Of a stretch of 51,749 nt of DNA, positions 8,721 to 17,611 are shown in pieces. Both the position numbers and the translations under genes were made by a program. Location: the NCBI GenBank assembly GCA_025922945.1, contig JAICGW010000003.1, positions 1-51,749 on the forward strand, read 5' to 3'. Below the pieces are notes generated by a model. That model was not told where the DNA came from and did not search any database. It was given only the letters and a program-made list of their open reading frames with translations. Source of the stretch: Acidimicrobiia bacterium (lineage in GTDB: Bacteria; Actinomycetota; Acidimicrobiia; Spongiisociales; ZC4RG35). The stretch's first letter is position 1. Each line of letters begins with the position of its first letter.

Positions 8721-10055
8721 TTAGGTGACAGCCTCGTTGCGGGCGGCCTCGAGCTTGGCAGTGCTGAGCCGGCCCAGTGCGTAAATCGAAAGACCGGCTT
8801 GGATTACTCCGGCCACGATGAAAGGCGACCGCAACCCGGTGGGGCGGTCGGTGATAGTTGTCACCGATTCGGCCAAGAGACCTCCGAGGAATGCCCCAAT
8901 CGGCATCATCCCCCAGCCGAAGAAGCGGTAGACGCTGTTGACCCGGCCCAGCAAACGGTCGGGAATGATCGTTTGCCGGAGGGAAACGGTCACCACGTTC
9001 CACATGACGGCTCCCAGTGACGTGATGGCGAACATGACCCAGACCAGTACCGCCGAAGATGTGAGCCCGATACCGATAGAGGTCAACGCACCCGTGATCA
9101 ACGTGAACTGGAGGGTCGCTCCCGAACCGAGCCGCTCGGAGAAGCGGGAGGCCACCAAGCTCCCGATGACCCCGCCGGCGGCACCAGCGGTCAGGAGGAG
9201 CCCGAACTCAGATGCTCCCAGCTCGAGGATCTCCTGTCCAAACAGAACGAAGACGGCCAGGGTGGCGCTGCCCAACGCATTGAGGATTCCGAGTATCACT
9301 GCTAGACGACGCAGGAGCGGGTGTCGCCACAGCCAGCGGAAGCCCTCTTTGAGGTCGGTCCCAAAGCCGGATCGAGGTGCGCCCACTTCTCCGGTAACGG
9401 CCCGGAAGTTTCCCTTGAGCAAAAAGAGGATGGCGGCCGACACGGCGAACGTCGTGGCGTCCACGACGAAAGGCAGTGCAAAGGCGATGGCGAGGAGAAC
9501 GCCCGCCAACGGCGGTCCCACGAATGAGTTCATGACCATCTCCGCACCCCAGAGCCGACCATTGGCCCGTTCCAACTGGCTCTTGTCGACCACCGACGGC
9601 ATCAACGTCTGACCGGCGTTATCTCGCAAGACTTCCGCCATCCCCAAGAGCAGGGCCGAAACGTAAATGGTGGTGAGCAGCAGGGTGGGATTGGCAATGG
9701 CGGGGAGTGCTCCACCTTCCAGTTGTTCAGGACCGGGAAGGAGGTCCTGATGGGCAAGCACGATCAGTGCCACGCCGAAGGTGATTACTGCCCGTAGGGA
9801 ATCCATCGTGACCACGAGCCTTTTCCGATCAACGCGATCGGTGATCACGCCCGCGGGAAGAGTGAATACGAGCCACGGAATCCTCGTGGCAACCCCGACC
9901 AGGGCAATGTGGAACGGGTTGCGTGTGACCGCGGAGGCCAACCATGGATACGCCACGAGCGCGACCCCATCACCGAAGTTGGAGATGACGCTGGCCGTCC
10001 AGAGTTTCCAGTAGTTGGAGCCCAGATTGCGCGCAGCCGACGTGGAGGTAGTCAC
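8721..10055 (-). CDS. MFS transporter (DHA3/MFS_3-like)
   Basis: About 12 TM helices; GVITDRVDRKR motif A; RQTIIPDRLLGRVNS. Confidence 0.9.
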   Translation of the reverse strand: MTTSTSAARNLGSNYWKLWTASVISNFGDGVALVAYPWLASAVTRNPFHIALVGVATRIPWLVFTLPAGVITDRVDRKRLVVTMDSLRAVITFGVALIVLAHQDLLPGPEQLEGGALPAIANPTLLLTTIYVSALLLGMAEVLRDNAGQTLMPSVVDKSQLERANGRLWGAEMVMNSFVGPPLAGVLLAIAFALPFVVDATTFAVSAAILFLLKGNFRAVTGEVGAPRSGFGTDLKEGFRWLWRHPLLRRLAVILGILNALGSATLAVFVLFGQEILELGASEFGLLLTAGAAGGVIGSLVASRFSERLGSGATLQFTLITGALTSIGIGLTSSAVLVWVMFAITSLGAVMWNVVTVSLRQTIIPDRLLGRVNSVYRFFGWGMMPIGAFLGGLLAESVTTITDRPTGLRSPFIVAGVIQAGLSIYALGRLSTAKLEAARNEAVT

Positions 10056-10075
10056 GGCGTTGGCAATAATGCCAG

Positions 10076-10576
10076 ATGGCCACGATCCGACCCGCGGTTC
10101 TCACCGATGTCGAGAGGATCGGTGAAATTCATATCCGTTCTTGGCAAAAGGCCTACCAGGGAATCCTTCCCGCCGATTTTCTGGCGTCGCTCTCGGTTGA
10201 GGCGAGGGTGGAATGGTGGCGGAGCGAGCTGACGTCGATGGGAGAGCAGGATCTCGCCCTGGTCATCGAGAACGGATCGTCGGTCACCGGGTTCGCTCGC
10301 CTGGGTTCCAGCGCCGACCGCAACCACGCCGAGGTCCAGGCGATCTATCTCGATCCCGATCACTGGCGAAAGGGCTGGGGCCGGTTGTTGCTGGGGGCGG
10401 CCGAAGCCTCGTTGGCCGGCCTCGGCTGGAGGGATGCGATCCTCTGGGTCTTGGAGAAGAACGGGCCGGCCAGGCGCTTTTACGAGGCATTGGGCTGGGA
10501 AGCGGAGCCCCGCCGAGCTTTGCTGAACATCGGCGGTGCCGACGTGCAAGAGCTGCGCTATCGCAAGGCCCTTTGA
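10076..10576 (+). CDS. GNAT family N-acetyltransferase
   Basis: IYLDPDHWRKGWGRLLL and LWVLEKNGPARRFYEALGW. Confidence 0.9.
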   Translation: MATIRPAVLTDVERIGEIHIRSWQKAYQGILPADFLASLSVEARVEWWRSELTSMGEQDLALVIENGSSVTGFARLGSSADRNHAEVQAIYLDPDHWRKGWGRLLLGAAEASLAGLGWRDAILWVLEKNGPARRFYEALGWEAEPRRALLNIGGADVQELRYRKAL

Positions 10577-10953
10577 TGCAGAAAGTCAGGGTGTGGGAAC
10601 CATCGGAGCCAGTGCTGGCGGGAGAATGGCAACGGCGCCTGGCCGAGTCGGACGCCGAGATCGTTGCAGTTCTCGAACCCGATCAGGACGAGGCACTTCC
10701 GGCTCTAGTCCTCCAACTCGGCGATGCCAGCCTGATTTCTGCCTACTCCCCGGTGACCGACGCCCTCAAGGTGGTGGTCGACGGGTTGGTGGTCGACTCG
10801 CTCGACCGCGACGACGTCGTCGAACTGCGCCCGCCATTTGCGTTCCGAGTCAAGTCGGCGTTGCCGGTAATCGAAGCCCTCGACCCAGGCCAGCGCGTCG
10901 ACCTCCTCGAAGCCCTGGCGGCCTCCATCCAACCGGTGGTCTTTCGGCCCTAG
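10576..10953 (+). CDS. Small protein resembling the C-terminal half of IspD/TarI cytidylyltransferase
   Basis: TGATG overlap with the GNAT gene; PVTDALKVVVDGLVVDSLDRDDVVELRPPFAF resembles IspD PVxDTIK...TLDR...QTPQxF. Confidence 0.55.
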   Translation: MQKVRVWEPSEPVLAGEWQRRLAESDAEIVAVLEPDQDEALPALVLQLGDASLISAYSPVTDALKVVVDGLVVDSLDRDDVVELRPPFAFRVKSALPVIEALDPGQRVDLLEALAASIQPVVFRP

Positions 10954-11735
10954 CGATCGGTGCGGCGACGATGCTTGATCGCCCACACGGCGGCCACGGT
11001 GGCGGCGCCGGCGGCAACCGCGGCGCCCGAGACCACCGGGCTCGGCCGGGGAATTCGCAGGGCCACGGGCTTTTCGAACTCAAGGATCTCCCACTCGCGT
11101 TCGTGGGCTATCGCTCGTAACTCCTTGTCGGGGTTGACGGCGACCGGGTGACCTACCGCCTCCAACATCGGGAGATCGGTGACCGAATCCGAATAGGCAA
11201 ATGAATCGGGCAGGGAGATGGCTTCCCTCATCGCCATTTCGCGCATCGCTTCGGCCTTGCCCGGGCCGTAGGCGTGAAACTCGATGTTGCCGGTGAACCG
11301 TCCGCTCTCATCGATTTCCGGACGGGTGGCGATCACGTTGTCAAGACCCAGGTGATGACACAAGGGCTCGACGATCTCGATCGGGGAGGAAGAGATCACC
11401 ACCACCTGGCGGTCGGCCTTCTGATGCTGTTCGATGATCGAGAGGGCCTCGGCGAAGACCAGGGGCTCCACCACCTCGGCGACGGTCTCGGCCACTAATC
11501 GTTCTATCTCGGCTTTGTCCCACCCCTTGGTCAACTGGCTGAGCTCGGCTCGCATTCTTTCCAGTTGCGAGTGGTCCGCCCCGAACATCTGGTAATAGGT
11601 CTGGGCGATCCCCGCCTTGAGCAAGGCGCGGCGGTTTAGCAGACCGGCGCGGAAGAGCGGGCGCGAGAACGCCAAGGTCGACGATCGGGCGATGATCGTC
11701 TTGTCGAGATCGAAGAAAGCAGCTGACCCTGCCAT
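10950..11735 (-). CDS. HAD-IB family hydrolase (Rv3661/SerB-like)
   Basis: AAFFDLDKTIIARSS, GPGKA, AYSDSVTDLPML, AVNPD; C-terminal TM; conserved position opposite the ssd-tad locus. Confidence 0.92.
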   Translation of the reverse strand: MAGSAAFFDLDKTIIARSSTLAFSRPLFRAGLLNRRALLKAGIAQTYYQMFGADHSQLERMRAELSQLTKGWDKAEIERLVAETVAEVVEPLVFAEALSIIEQHQKADRQVVVISSSPIEIVEPLCHHLGLDNVIATRPEIDESGRFTGNIEFHAYGPGKAEAMREMAMREAISLPDSFAYSDSVTDLPMLEAVGHPVAVNPDKELRAIAHEREWEILEFEKPVALRIPRPSPVVSGAAVAAGAATVAAVWAIKHRRRTDR

Positions 11736-11828
11736 ACCTGGAATTTTACGGAAACCCTCATTAATGACACCCCGGAGGTCGCTTGACAAGAGGTAGTTCG
11801 AACGCTTTTTGCTCCGTACCTTCGGATC

Positions 11829-12380
11829 GTGGCGCACATCCTCGGGGTCAGGACGGAGATCGATTCGGTGCTCTCGGTGCTGGCGCCACTTGGCCTGGCG
11901 GCAGCGGCCGACCCACCGTCGCTTCTCATCGATCTCGATCCAAGCGGCCCTGCATACCCAAGCCGGAGATCTCTCGCTGACCTGGTGTCAGACGGGCCCA
12001 CCCGGGCGGAGTTGACGCCGGGATCGACTGGCATGGCCGTCCTTCGGAACGGCGGCATTGAATGGAGGGAGGCGGTCGAGTCCGTTCACCGTCTGGCCAC
12101 ATCGTGGTCGTCAATCACCCTCAGGGTTGGCCTTGACGACACCGGACTTCCCTGGCCCGTCATACCCGTGGTCCCGCTGCTCCCCGGGTTTCTCACCATC
12201 GATGACGGACGCCCGGCGGTCTGGCAGACGAGCGAGCGCGGCCAGGTCGCACCTGGGCCAGGTCCCCTGTTGCCGCCCCTCGGTCGCAGAGTCGTGCACC
12301 AGTGCTTGGAGGCGCGCTCGATCCCCCGTGGTCGTTGGGTCCGGGGGTGGCGTCAAGTTTGGGAGCTGCCGTGGCCCTGA
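11829..12380 (+). CDS. Degenerate Ssd/TadZ (MinD-like) protein
   Basis: LLIDLDPSG motif and position between the HAD gene and tadA; no intact P-loop. Confidence 0.55.
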   Translation: MAHILGVRTEIDSVLSVLAPLGLAAAADPPSLLIDLDPSGPAYPSRRSLADLVSDGPTRAELTPGSTGMAVLRNGGIEWREAVESVHRLATSWSSITLRVGLDDTGLPWPVIPVVPLLPGFLTIDDGRPAVWQTSERGQVAPGPGPLLPPLGRRVVHQCLEARSIPRGRWVRGWRQVWELPWP

Positions 12381-13444
12381 CCGATCACAGCCTGGCGGCG
12401 AGGCTGACGGGAGCACTTATCGATTCAGACGCCCCCTTGGAGCGGCACCAGTTGCAGCGGGCCGTCCGTCGCCTGGCGGCGGTGGAGGCGCCCCTGGCGG
12501 CTGAAAGCCTGCTCGAGGAGGTCGTAGACGGACTGATCGGGCTCGGCCCACTCGAAGTGTTGCTCCGTGACCCGGAGGTGAGCGACGTTCTGGTCAACGG
12601 ACCTCACGAAATCTTCATCGAACGGGAAGGCGCCCTCTCCAGAGTCGATCTCGGCTTCCCCGACGATGCAGCCGTCATCGCGGCGGTGGAGAGGGTGATA
12701 GCTCCGCTCGGGCTGAGACTCGATCGCGCTTCTCCGATGGTCGATGCCCGGCTTGCCGACGGCAGCCGACTGCACGCAGTGATTCCACCTGCCGCGGTGG
12801 ATCATCCCGTGGTAGCCGTCCGCCGGTTCGTCCGTTCCATCGATTCCCTGGACGACTTGGTGACGCGGGGAACGATCACCGCCGCGCAAGTCGGGCTCTT
12901 GCGGCGCCTCGTCGAAGAGCGGGGCAATCTGATCGTCAGTGGTGGCACGGGTGCGGGCAAAACCACGCTCCTCAATCTTCTCGGTGCGGAGGTCGCTATC
13001 GGCGAGCGAATCGTGACCATCGAGGATGCAGCCGAGCTCGCTTTCGGTGGTCACGTGCTTCGTCTCGAGGCCCGCCCACCGAATTCGGAAGGAAAGGGAG
13101 CCATTTCGCTCCGGACGTTGCTGCGTTCGGCGCTGCGACTCCGACCGGATCGCATCGTGGTGGGCGAGGTCCGCGGCGCCGAGGCATTGGACATGATCGG
13201 GGCGCTCAATACCGGTCACGACGGGTCGATGGCGACGGTTCATGCCAACAGCCCCGAGGAAGCGATGTGGCGCTTGGAGACGCTGGCGCTGTCGGGGGAG
13301 GATCGGGTTGGGGAGAAGGCGGTTCGCCGACAGCTTTGGGCGGCCATCGACTGGGTGCTCCAACTCGAGCGGCGCCAGGGTTCCCGGAGGTTGGTTTCGA
13401 TGGGAGAGGTGATGAACGAAAGTATCGAGGTGGTGCGGTGTTGA
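12371..13444 (+). CDS. tadA: Tad/Flp pilus assembly ATPase (TadA/CpaF)
   Basis: GLGPLEVLL, DARLADGSR, GGTGAGKTT, TIEDAAEL, LRLRPDRIVVGEVRG, NTGHDGS.TVHANS. Confidence 0.93.
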   Translation: MALTDHSLAARLTGALIDSDAPLERHQLQRAVRRLAAVEAPLAAESLLEEVVDGLIGLGPLEVLLRDPEVSDVLVNGPHEIFIEREGALSRVDLGFPDDAAVIAAVERVIAPLGLRLDRASPMVDARLADGSRLHAVIPPAAVDHPVVAVRRFVRSIDSLDDLVTRGTITAAQVGLLRRLVEERGNLIVSGGTGAGKTTLLNLLGAEVAIGERIVTIEDAAELAFGGHVLRLEARPPNSEGKGAISLRTLLRSALRLRPDRIVVGEVRGAEALDMIGALNTGHDGSMATVHANSPEEAMWRLETLALSGEDRVGEKAVRRQLWAAIDWVLQLERRQGSRRLVSMGEVMNESIEVVRC

Positions 13445-14109
13445 CGGGTGTGATCCTCGCCCTGGGTCTCTGCGGCCGGCTCTCGGCGGCCCACACCTTT
13501 CTGCTGGCCGTGACTTGGTCGAGCCCCGAAGTGGCGGTTGGTCCATTGGCTGTGGCTCTCGGCCTGGTTCTTCGCGATAAGGGGCGATCGACTCGGTCGG
13601 CACTAATGGCCGGTTGGCTACGGACCGCCGCAGGCGAACTCCGAGCTGGAAGTTCTCTTCGATCAGCAATTGCCGGTGCAGTTGACGCGTATCCCGATCT
13701 GGGGCTCGAACGGATCGGACGGCTGGCGTACGCCGGGCGCCCTCTCTCCGAAATGAGCGCAGCCTTGGCCGAGTGCCAGGGGATGGAGGCAATAGCGGCG
13801 GTAGTGGCGGTGGCGGGGTCGACTGGGGGGTCGGTAGTCAACGTGCTCGAGACCCTGGCGACGGAAGCGGCGGACGAAGCGACGCTGCAGCGAGAGAAGC
13901 GATCCTTGACGGCGGCCGCTCGCTGGTCGATCGGCTTGGTGGGCGGCTTTCCGCTGGCGGTCCTGGCGGTCCAGGTCATTCGGGGGGAGCTGGGTTCGAT
14001 GCTGCGGGCCGGAACGGTGCCGGCGGCGATGGTTGTCATTGGAGTGTCTCTCCTGACCCTCGGCTTGGTGACGGTGGGTGTGCTTTTGAGAAGGGTCCAT
14101 GCGCTTTGA
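13438..14109 (+). CDS. tadB: TadB-like T2SSF membrane platform protein
   Basis: ELRAGSS..AI and GSTGGSVVNVLE, C-terminal TMs; overlaps the tadA stop. Confidence 0.78.
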   Translation: MLTGVILALGLCGRLSAAHTFLLAVTWSSPEVAVGPLAVALGLVLRDKGRSTRSALMAGWLRTAAGELRAGSSLRSAIAGAVDAYPDLGLERIGRLAYAGRPLSEMSAALAECQGMEAIAAVVAVAGSTGGSVVNVLETLATEAADEATLQREKRSLTAAARWSIGLVGGFPLAVLAVQVIRGELGSMLRAGTVPAAMVVIGVSLLTLGLVTVGVLLRRVHAL

Positions 14110-14705
14110 GGCGGTTCCTCGCTCAGGCGATCACCAGGTGGCCGGTATCAGCCGCACTCGGAGCGGTGCTCATGATCCATCGACCTCTGGCCCTGGCCTT
14201 GGCCATCGGTTGTTTCAGCGGTCGCTATCTCTGGCGGAAACGCTCCGCCAGCCAGAGTCGCCTGCGGGCGGCACCCGCCCAGCAGGCGCTGTTGGCGCGC
14301 ATCGTGCTGGTCGGGCTCACGGCTGGTCTGCCTCTCGTCTCGGCCTTGGACCTCGCACGGGGATTCGTGCGAGGAGATGTAGCCATGGAAACGGCCGCGG
14401 TCATCCGTCGGTCCCGCCGCCAGGGAACAGCTCTCGCCATGGCGGGATCGGGTCCCCTCACCCGCCCGCTGCTGTCGCGTTTGGCGATGGCGACAGCATC
14501 TGGTGCACCGGTGGCCGAGGCAGTGGCAGATCATCTTTCCGAGATGCGTCAGCTTCGGCGCACGGCGGCGCTGGAGCGGGTGCGACGGCTGCCGGTAACG
14601 CTGATGATCCCCCTGGGCATCCTGATCCTCCCCGGATTCGTCGTCCTTTTCGTGGGACCGATCCTGTTTCGCTCTTTCGGCAGCCTCGTCGGTGCTTTGC
14701 CGTGA
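14106..14705 (+). CDS. tadC: TadC-like T2SSF membrane platform protein
   Basis: GLTAGLPL..AL, ASGAPVAEA, RLPVTLMIPLGILILPGFVV; TTGA overlap. Confidence 0.8.
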   Translation: MRRFLAQAITRWPVSAALGAVLMIHRPLALALAIGCFSGRYLWRKRSASQSRLRAAPAQQALLARIVLVGLTAGLPLVSALDLARGFVRGDVAMETAAVIRRSRRQGTALAMAGSGPLTRPLLSRLAMATASGAPVAEAVADHLSEMRQLRRTAALERVRRLPVTLMIPLGILILPGFVVLFVGPILFRSFGSLVGALP

Positions 14706-14759
14706 CATTGCTTCCCCCCGTCCCGGCCGGTCGTCGGGAGCAAGTGAAAGGAGCCAGTG

Positions 14760-14957
14760 ATGCTGGCAATCTGGCGGTGGTTAGGACCAGCCCGGGGCGA
14801 CGAGCGCGGGCAGGGAACAGTCGAGTACTTCCTGGTCATCTTGGCGGCAACGGCCCTCGCAGTCATCCTCTTCAAGTGGGTGCAGTCGAGCGGCGGTACC
14901 TCGATCATCAGCACGATCCTGGGCAAGGTCGTGGGTTGGGTAGCTGGTCAGTTCTGA
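14760..14957 (+). CDS. flp: Flp family type IVb pilin (DUF4244-like)
   Basis: Class III signal DERG|QGTVEY followed by a hydrophobic helix. Confidence 0.85.
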   Translation: MLAIWRWLGPARGDERGQGTVEYFLVILAATALAVILFKWVQSSGGTSIISTILGKVVGWVAGQF

Positions 14958-15319
14958 GTGCCGAGCGGGGAGGGGTGGCGATGGAGATGGCAGTCACCAT
15001 TCCGACCCTCATTCTGGTTCTGCTGGCGATCCTCGAGGTGGTCGTCGTGGCGCGCATCCAGCTGGAGTTGGTGGCCGCGGCCCGAGAAGGCGTACGGGTC
15101 GCGGCCACGGCTCCAGCCCCGGAGGCGGCCGTGGCGGCCGCCACCGCCGCCATGTCGCCTCAGCTAGCCCAGCGAGCGAAGATCTCGGTGGTGCGACCTT
15201 CCGTGGTGGGAAGACAGGCCATCGTCACCGTCAGCCTGCAACACCGGCTGACGACTCCAATCATGAGATGGGCGACGGTCAACCTTCATGGGCGGGCCGT
15301 GATGAGGGTCGAAAAGTGA
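14936..15319 (+). CDS. tadE: TadE-like minor pilin (start uncertain)
   Basis: AERG|GVAMEMAVTIPTL...AAREGVRVAA. Confidence 0.8.
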   Translation: MGSWSVLSAERGGVAMEMAVTIPTLILVLLAILEVVVVARIQLELVAAAREGVRVAATAPAPEAAVAAATAAMSPQLAQRAKISVVRPSVVGRQAIVTVSLQHRLTTPIMRWATVNLHGRAVMRVEK

Positions 15320-15693
15320 AACCGATCGGAGAGCGAGGGTCGGCGACGGTCCTGGCCCTCGCTCTCGTTTTCTTTGTCATCGCCATCGGGCTGGCGGTGT
15401 TGGCTGCAGTGCAACTCGTAACGGCCCGGGTCCGAGCCGTCACCGCCGCCGATGCGGCCGCCCTCGCGGCCGCCCCCGCCACCTTCCCAGCGCTCTCGGC
15501 TGGCGAGACTCCATCGGCGTTGGCTGCCGAAATGGCCGCGGCCAACGGGGCCCGTTTGCTTCGGTGCCTATGTCCGGTGGTGAAGTCGTTCGATCCCCGT
15601 GACGTCGAAGTTGAAGTCGCCGTGGCGACTCGTGTAGCCATCGTCGGGGAAGTGGAGGTCCGGGCCGCTAGTCGAGCCGAATACGTGCCCTAA
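15316..15693 (+). CDS. Rv3654c/TadG-like minor pilin
   Basis: GERG|SATVL..., AADAAALAAA, ANGARLLRC, C-terminal AASRA; GTGA overlap. Confidence 0.8.
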   Translation: MKPIGERGSATVLALALVFFVIAIGLAVLAAVQLVTARVRAVTAADAAALAAAPATFPALSAGETPSALAAEMAAANGARLLRCLCPVVKSFDPRDVEVEVAVATRVAIVGEVEVRAASRAEYVP

Positions 15694-15744
15694 GCAGGTT
15701 GCAACCGTGGTTTATGCGCAGTGATCAGGGGGCACGGACTTCAT

Positions 15745-16323
15745 ATGAGAAAGCTCATTGTTCAACAATTCACAAGCATCGACGGACAGGCGGCCGATCC
15801 CAATGGGACCACCGATTTCATCTCCGAGTACGCCGCCAAGCATGACCAAGGCTTCGAGCGAGATGCCATGGACTTCATGGACACGGTCGACACGATGGTG
15901 CTGGGGCGCAAAACCTATGAGCTATTCGTCAGGTACTGGCCCAATGCTTCTGGCGATGATGCCGAGTTTGGGAAGAAGCTCAACGCTCTGAGGAAATTCG
16001 TCGTTTCGTCGACCCTCAAAGAGGCACCGTGGGGGGAGTGGGAAGGGGCCACAATCATCAAGGAGAAACCCGAGGAGAAGATCCGTGCCCTCAAGCAAGA
16101 GGACGGAAAGGACATTGTTATCTGGGGGAGCATCGCGCTCGCCACCGCCATGATGGGCGCGGGCCTGGTAGATGAGTTACAGCTGCGAACGATTCCCGTG
16201 GTTCTGGGAGTCGGGCGGGCGTTGTTCGACGAGGATCTTGATTCACGACAGCTGAACCTGCGCAGAGCTACGCCTTATAACGAGGGGTTGGTGCTGCTGC
16301 AATACGAGGCGACCCCCGCGTAG
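15745..16323 (+). CDS. Dihydrofolate reductase-like (RibD C-terminal domain) protein
   Basis: MRKLIV..SIDG, LGRKTYE, DIVIWGS, GLVDEL..PVVLGVGRALF. Confidence 0.88.
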   Translation: MRKLIVQQFTSIDGQAADPNGTTDFISEYAAKHDQGFERDAMDFMDTVDTMVLGRKTYELFVRYWPNASGDDAEFGKKLNALRKFVVSSTLKEAPWGEWEGATIIKEKPEEKIRALKQEDGKDIVIWGSIALATAMMGAGLVDELQLRTIPVVLGVGRALFDEDLDSRQLNLRRATPYNEGLVLLQYEATPA

Positions 16324-16359
16324 CTAAACCTCCGAACGGATTCCGCTCCGTATAGTCGG

Positions 16360-17604
16360 ATGACAATGAGAGAAGCCTTTTTTGCGCTGAGCACCGACTG
16401 GAAAGAGGGGATCAACTGGGCCAACGTCAGGGAGTGGCGCCTCCGGCGGGCTCACGAGGCGATGGAGCGGCATGGGCTCGGCGCCTTGCTCTTGTTCTAC
16501 GACGAGAACATGCGGTACGTCTCCTCGACGCTGACTCCGGGTTGGAACCGACTCAAACCGGGACTGCGCTACGTGGTGTTGGCCAAGGGCAAGAAGCCGA
16601 TCGTGTACGAGCAGGGCGACATCGGCTTTCACCTTGAGGAGCACAACCCATGGATCCCCAAGGAGAACATCCGTTATTCCTACGCGTGGATCAAGGGAGC
16701 GGTCGGGCCGGCAGCCGAACAACAGGTGACGAAATTCGTCAACTCTCTGATGAGGGACCTCGAGGAAGCCGGGGTCGGTAAGGAGCCGCTGGGCGTCGAC
16801 TTCATCGACATCAACCTGATCAAGCAATTCGAAGCGAGAGGCATCACCTGGACCGACGGCATGTCACCGATGATGGAGGCGCGGGCGATCAAGAGCCCAG
16901 ATGAGATCAAGGCTTTCTCGATCGTTGGTGCCATTTGCGACTACGTCCACTACGAGATCACCAACTTCATCAAGCCCGGTCTCAGCGAGAACGAGGTGGC
17001 AGCCTTCGGGTTCGAGAAGCTGTACTCGCTACCTGGAATGGAAGACGTCGAGGACGTCATCGTCTCCTCCGGCCCCAATGCGTGGCCCAATTGGCGCAAC
17101 TTCTCCGACCGGATGATCCGGCCCGGCGAACTGGTCATCGTCGACCTCGCCGCCCTTACCTGGAACGGCTTCAAGTCCTGTGTCTACCGCACCTATTGCG
17201 TCGGGGGAGAGCCGAGCGACGAGCACAAGCAGACCTACGACTTGGCTCACAAGTGGCTCTGGGACTCGATCGAGGCAACCGGGCCGGGTGTCACCACCGC
17301 CGATGTCGCCTCCAAGTGGCCTTCGGCAAAGGAGGTATGGGGCTACGAAGAGGAGGACCAAGCGGCGGCGAACTTCTGGGGCCACGGCCTCGGCCTCGCC
17401 CAATACGATCCCCCGGTGATCTCCCGGATCTGGTCGCTTGACCACCCGGTGGAGATCCAACCCGGGATGACTTTCGCCCTGGAGACTCAGCACGGCAAGC
17501 TCCATGATCACGGTGTTCGGCTCGAGGAGATGCTCTACGTCACCGACACCGGGATCGAGATGGTGTCGAGCTATGCCAGCCACGAGATCATCACCGTCAA
17601 ATGA
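16360..17604 (+). CDS. M24 (Xaa-Pro peptidase/creatinase fold) hydrolase
   Basis: Creatinase-like N-domain; ARAIKSPDEI, GHGLGL, FALETQ, GVRLEE. Confidence 0.85.
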   Translation: MTMREAFFALSTDWKEGINWANVREWRLRRAHEAMERHGLGALLLFYDENMRYVSSTLTPGWNRLKPGLRYVVLAKGKKPIVYEQGDIGFHLEEHNPWIPKENIRYSYAWIKGAVGPAAEQQVTKFVNSLMRDLEEAGVGKEPLGVDFIDINLIKQFEARGITWTDGMSPMMEARAIKSPDEIKAFSIVGAICDYVHYEITNFIKPGLSENEVAAFGFEKLYSLPGMEDVEDVIVSSGPNAWPNWRNFSDRMIRPGELVIVDLAALTWNGFKSCVYRTYCVGGEPSDEHKQTYDLAHKWLWDSIEATGPGVTTADVASKWPSAKEVWGYEEEDQAAANFWGHGLGLAQYDPPVISRIWSLDHPVEIQPGMTFALETQHGKLHDHGVRLEEMLYVTDTGIEMVSSYASHEIITVK

Positions 17605-17611
17605 TCCGAGG

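Noticed and set aside
16360-17604. Specific call as DddP, EutD/DoeA or PepP
   Set aside because: The ligand pattern and neighbours do not support any of these; left at family level.
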